From: Pseudogymnoascus verrucosus
Lineage: Eukaryota
Length of the DNA stretch: 64,000 bases
Reading direction: 5' to 3' (one strand)
Assembly (NCBI GenBank): GCA_001662655.1
Contig: KV460230.1
Both the position numbers and the translations under genes were made by a program. The notes beneath the pieces were generated by a model, which did no database searches, had not been told where the DNA came from, and saw only the letters and a program-made list of their open reading frames with translations. Shown piece after piece: positions 59,620 to 64,000 of the stretch (position 1 is the first letter of the stretch; every line of letters starts with the position of its first letter).

Positions 59620-61944
59620 ATGGCACCCCCACCAAAACCCCTAAATGTCATAGCCCTCATCTCCGGCGGCAAAGACAGCATCTACAGCCTCCTCCACGTC
59701 CTCTCCCTCGGCCACCGCGTCTTGGCGTTGGGGAACTTGTATCCCCAAGCCGCACCGCACGTGACGTCAACTCCCTCCACCACCAGCAGCACCAGTACAA
59801 CCACCTCCTCCACCACAGGTAGCAATAGCGCCCCCGCCGCCGCCGATGATGATGCGCCAGACCCAGATTCGCATATGTACCAGACGGCCGGGCATGCGCT
59901 GATTCCTGCTATTGCAAGGGCGCTGGGCTTACCCCTTTTCCGGGCTCCGATTGTGGGAGGTGCGGTAGTGGGGGGGAGTACGTACGCGCCTTTGTCTGGG
60001 GGGGAAGGGGGAGGAGATGAGACGGAGAGTCTGCTCCCGTTGCTGCGGGCGATTAAGAAGGCGCATCCTACTGCTGATGCGGTGAGTGCTGGCGCGATAT
60101 TGAGTACATACCAGCGCACGCGAATCGAGAGTGTGGCGGCGCGGATGGGGTTGGTGCCGTTAGCGTTTTTGTGGCAGTATCCGTGTTTATTTAAGGAGGA
60201 TGGGGAGGCGGGGTTGTTGGCGCATATGGAGGAGGTGGGTATGGAAGCGCGGATTGTGAAGGTTGCGAGTGGGGGGCTGGGGGAGGGGGAGTTGTGGGTT
60301 GATGTTGTGAGTCGGACTGGGAGGGAGAGGGTGGGGAGGAAGGTGGGGAGGTTTGGGGGCGTGGGAGGGGTGATTGGGGAGGGGGGGGAGTATGAGACTG
60401 TTGTTGTTAAGGGGGGGAGGGAGTGGTGGAGTGGGAGGGTTGGGGAGGGAGAAAGGAGGGTGGTTAGTGGGGAGGGGGGGACGGCGTGGGTGGAGTTTGA
60501 GAAGGGGGGGGTTGTGGTTGAGGAGGGGGACGGGGGTGGGGAGGGGGGGAAGGTGGAGGTTAGGAAGCCGGCGTTGTTGGAGAAGTCGTTTGAGGAGACT
60601 TTGAAAGCTGTGTTGGCTGCCATGGAGCCAGCAGCATCCAAAGACCTAAGAGTTGGTATCGACGACACAACCACCACAGCCCTCTCAGCAAGCGCAACCT
60701 GGAAAACAACAGCCCACCCCAACAGCAACACCTGGACCATCGTCCCCTCATGCACATCCTCCCCGCCCACAGCAGCAGAAGCCATGGCCTCAATCAGCAC
60801 CCAACTCTCCGCCCTCCTCAGCACCCACAACCTCACCATCAAAGACGTCGTCTCCACCACCCTCCTCCTAACCTCAATGTCCACATTCGCCTCCACAAAC
60901 ACCGTCTACGCCTCCCTCTTCTCCGCTCCCAACCCCCCCTCCCGCGCCTGCGTCTCCGTCGGCTCCCTCCTCCCAGACTCCGCACCGGTAGTGATGCACA
61001 TCTCCCTCTCCTCCGCGCCCGCGCGGCGCGCTCTACACGTTCAATCAAGGTCGTACTGGGCGCCTGCGAATATTGGGCCGTATTCGCAGGCGCAGTGCGC
61101 ACCGCTTTTGCCGGGGAAGGGGGGGGAGGGCGTGTATATTGCGGGACAGATTCCGCTTGTGCCGGCGACTATGGAGGTTGTTGATGCGGCGGATCATGAG
61201 CTTGTGAAGGGGAAGGAGGGGGGTGAGGTGGGGTTGCAGGTTGTGTTGGCGTTGCAGCATTTGTGGAGGGTGGGGTTGGCGATGGATGTTAGTTTCTTTG
61301 CGAGCGGGACGGCGGTGATGGCGAGGTGTGGACTAGAGGTTGCGAGGAGGAGGGCGAGGTTGGCGGGTGTGGCTTGGGACCAGAGGCATAGGCGGGTGGT
61401 AGAAGGAGAGGAAGATGGGGAGGAAGAGGATGTGGATTTGTGGGAACTGACGAATAGACGCGGGGAGGAGATGATGGGGAGTGAGAGGCAGGAGAAGGCG
61501 CTGCCGGAGTGGGAGAACGTAGAGGGGGAGGAGACGGGGTTGGGAGTTAGTCCATTCTGGGCTGCGGAGGTGGAAGAGTTGCCGAGGGGCGTGGATGTCG
61601 AGTGGCTTTCTGGAGCTGGGATTGTGGGGAAGAACGTGAAGGTGAGGTCAGTGGCTTCGGGAGGTGGGAGTGGGGTGCATGAGTGTGTGGTTGGGGGTGA
61701 GGTGGTGATTACGACGATGTTTGTGGGGTATGAGGAGGCTAGGGGTAAGGGGTTGGTGAGAGTATTACTGGGAGGGGTGTCAGGGAAGGAGGAGTTGGGG
61801 GGTGCGGAGATGGTGTATTTTGATGCTGGGATTGAGGAACTGTGGGGGGAGGTGGGGGGGAATGTGGTCCCGTGCCGCAGTCTTTGGGATAAGGACGGCA
61901 CGAGGTTAGGAGCGGTGGTGGTGTTTAAGTCGGAGGTGTTATAA
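59620..61944 (+). CDS. DPH6: Diphthine-ammonia ligase Dph6 with C-terminal RidA/YjgF-like domains (intronless)
   Basis: ALISGGKDS, SHMYQT, GAILSTYQRTRIE, GEGGEYET, LHVQSRSYWAPANIGPYSQA, IAGQIPL. Confidence 0.93.
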   Translation: MAPPPKPLNVIALISGGKDSIYSLLHVLSLGHRVLALGNLYPQAAPHVTSTPSTTSSTSTTTSSTTGSNSAPAAADDDAPDPDSHMYQTAGHALIPAIARALGLPLFRAPIVGGAVVGGSTYAPLSGGEGGGDETESLLPLLRAIKKAHPTADAVSAGAILSTYQRTRIESVAARMGLVPLAFLWQYPCLFKEDGEAGLLAHMEEVGMEARIVKVASGGLGEGELWVDVVSRTGRERVGRKVGRFGGVGGVIGEGGEYETVVVKGGREWWSGRVGEGERRVVSGEGGTAWVEFEKGGVVVEEGDGGGEGGKVEVRKPALLEKSFEETLKAVLAAMEPAASKDLRVGIDDTTTTALSASATWKTTAHPNSNTWTIVPSCTSSPPTAAEAMASISTQLSALLSTHNLTIKDVVSTTLLLTSMSTFASTNTVYASLFSAPNPPSRACVSVGSLLPDSAPVVMHISLSSAPARRALHVQSRSYWAPANIGPYSQAQCAPLLPGKGGEGVYIAGQIPLVPATMEVVDAADHELVKGKEGGEVGLQVVLALQHLWRVGLAMDVSFFASGTAVMARCGLEVARRRARLAGVAWDQRHRRVVEGEEDGEEEDVDLWELTNRRGEEMMGSERQEKALPEWENVEGEETGLGVSPFWAAEVEELPRGVDVEWLSGAGIVGKNVKVRSVASGGGSGVHECVVGGEVVITTMFVGYEEARGKGLVRVLLGGVSGKEELGGAEMVYFDAGIEELWGEVGGNVVPCRSLWDKDGTRLGAVVVFKSEVL

Positions 61945-61959
61945 GTGGAAGGTGCATTG

Positions 61960-62410
61960 GTCGTGGCTGCCATATGTGAGTCCCAGCTTCTATAAGTTGG
62001 AAATCTCATCAGTGGTGGGTGTCATGGGACGTGGCTGCCATATGCCTAGGTCGCAGCTTCCATAAGCTGGAAAAATTATAAGTGGCAGGTGCCATAGGCC
62101 GTAACTGCCATATGACAGGAGTAGTAAGCTGCCGTGGTCGCGGCTTCCTTAATGCAGAGATGTCAAAAGTGGCAGGAGCCATAAGTCGTTCCTGCCGTGT
62201 GTCACAAGTCGTTCTTTCCATATGTTGCAAGTCGTGCTTGTCATATACTACAAATCTAAGCTCCCTGAGTCGTGGTTACCATAAACGGCTGCCTCAGTCG
62301 TAGTTGGCATAAACAGCCTCCTCAAGTCGTGCTTGCCTAGAGCAACTGCTACGAGCCGTACCTGCCATATTCCTCAGGCCGTACCTGCCCCAAGTTGTGC
62401 CTGCCCAGTT
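61960..62410. repeat. Degenerate minisatellite (three ~68-85 bp units, then shorter GTCGTnnYTGCCATA subunits)
   Basis: Recurring cgtggctgccatatg...gtcgcagcttccataag...agtggcaggtgccatag. Confidence 0.7.
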
Positions 62411-63027
62411 AGTTGGATGAACCCCACGCTGCAAGTCTACAAATCTACAAGTCTACACACACTGGAGTATCTCGTCGTAGGTACCTCACCATCACCATCA
62501 CCGTCACCATCATCCTCTCCTCGCCCCCCACGCCCCGTAGATCCGACCACACATGACGCAGCACTCCTACCCATTCCCCCCTCTCCTATACCAAGCTGTA
62601 GCATTGTATATAAGTACACTCCTCCCAACCTCTTCCCATCCACAAGGCTCCCACCCATCGCGTCCCTCTCCCCAACACACAGCCAATCACCACCCCAAGG
62701 CTAAACCTCTGTCCCAAACAACCGCCCAACCCCGCACCTGTGCACCATTCACAGCGCCCACAGCGTCCCTCCCACCCTTCCAGAAGCACCAGAAACAACG
62801 CACAGCCTCGCAGCCTCGCCAGGCACGGTAGTAGCGAAATAAAGTTTCGTATCAGGATATCTCCGCGGCTGCATGAGCCGGTTAGACGTGCCGGGATTCG
62901 TGCTTACTGAGCCGCTTAGATGACGTTATTTCCTTTGCGATTTTGGTGATTAGATAGCCAGATGGTATTGATTAACAATGTAATGATTCTAGCCCTTTGC
63001 CACCATAAACAACGTGCTCATTGCCGC

Positions 63028-63034
63028 TTACTAA
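63028..63034 (+). promoter_or_regulatory. Yap1/AP-1 response element upstream of CCP1
   Basis: TTACTAA about 600 bp before the ATG; CCP1 is an AP-1-type oxidative-stress target in fungi. Confidence 0.35.
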
Positions 63035-63631
63035 CCCAGATACGAATACGCAGTTGATAGAGATAGAGTACCGTACCCACTCACCACCACAGAAAAGCCC
63101 CAGTAGAAAGTAAAGAAGGACCACGCGAAAATGCCGAGGTTCACGCGAAAAAACCACCCAAGAACCACGTCCCAAAGCTCCTTGGCGCGGATTGTGCAAT
63201 TTCGAAGCTCCTGATTCGTCCCAGGGGCAAAAGCGTGGGTTCACCACAAGCCAGCTAAGCCGTTCGCTCGCGTTCCATCGCGGACCACTTTGTAAGGCGC
63301 GCCACGTAATTGGGCGGCTTTGGGGGGTGACTCCCAGCTGGTGTTGCGCGGGTCTCGGCGGGCGCGGAGAGGGCCGGACTGCGTAGCCCGAGACGCTGCT
63401 GCTGTTGGTGTGACGACTCATCTGAACTTCCGTTTCCCTGGCCTTTTTTGAAACCTTCATCTACAACCTTTTTGTACATCTGTGACAATCTTTCCTTTCA
63501 CTTTGGTGATCTCTGTGTGTTTTCTTGATATAGTTGATTGAAGGGATTGATACTCTTCTTCTTCTTCTTCTAATTTACTTCACCTTACTACTCTCTTTGA
63601 GCTCTACCCGGGAAAAAAGTTAACCGCCAAA

Positions 63632-64000
63632 ATGGCCTCAACAACCACCCGCACCTTCGCCCGCGCGGCCCTCCGCTCAACCCCAGCTCGCACCGCCGCC
63701 TACGCCCTCCCCCGCCAGGCATTCCGCCAGCAATCCCGCCGCGGCTACTCGTCCGAGGGCAGCGCCGCGCCCAAGGCCTCCGGAGGCTCTGCGCTCTACT
63801 GGCTCGGTGGTCTCCTCGGAGCCGCTGGCGCCGGGTACTACGTTTACGGCCAGCAGAACGGCTTCTCTGCCGCGGCTAAGGGACCGTTCCAGCCTACCTT
63901 CGAGGATTACCAGAAGGTTTACAATGAGATCGCCGAGAGGTTGGAGGAGAAGGATGATTATGATGATGGGTCGTACGGACCAGTCCTTCTGAGATTGGCG
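63632..64000 (+). CDS. CCP1: Mitochondrial cytochrome c peroxidase (5' part, runs off window)
   Basis: Presequence [15 protein letters not shown], hydrophobic segment, [32 protein letters not shown]. Confidence 0.93.
   Translation, partial: MASTTTRTFARAALRSTPARTAAYALPRQAFRQQSRRGYSSEGSAAPKASGGSALYWLGGLLGAAGAGYYVYGQQNGFSAAAKGPFQPTFEDYQKVYNEIAERLEEKDDYDDGSYGPVLLRLA

Noticed and set aside
4903..61944. DPH4 and DPH6 in one window as a diphthamide cluster
   Set aside because: About 54 kb apart with roughly 20 unrelated genes between them; probably chance.
59682..62009. Long antisense ORFs (406 and 271 aa) over DPH6
   Set aside because: Low-complexity shadows produced by the extreme G/C skew of the sense gene.
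61960..62410. CRISPR-like repeat-spacer array
   Set aside because: Eukaryotic context, degenerate units, no unique spacers, no cas genes.

Overview
Gene-dense, intron-containing filamentous ascomycete DNA (Leotiomycetes/Pseudogymnoascus-like, inferred from protein style and short GT-AG introns with CTRAC branch sites). About 25 protein-coding genes are visible: palF (partial), MND1, DPH4, MRPL25, PRP28, a RhoGEF, RTC3, noxD/pro41, an XPF/ERCC1-fold small protein, OPA3, polo kinase, COQ6, two tandem retropepsin-like proteases, a Nak1/Kic1-like kinase, RRN3, hapC, GIM4, CMC2, TMEM14, OST2, a Zn2Cys6 factor, MOCS2A/cnxG, cyt-4, seb1, DPH6 and CCP1 (partial). No transposon, tRNA or rRNA was found. 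Best leads: (1) two standalone retropepsin proteases in tandem with Gly/Pro-rich N-termini and an intron in their 264-bp spacer; (2) a SPO16/FAAP24-like protein; (3) a dual-guide U45/U24-type box C/D snoRNA in the cnxG 5'UTR intron; (4) a nested stem-loop in the long hapC intron 1; (5) a PacC-site cluster and overlapping uORF at palF; (6) a His/Tyr-rich uORF before seb1. All calls are by eye; no searches or folding programs were run.
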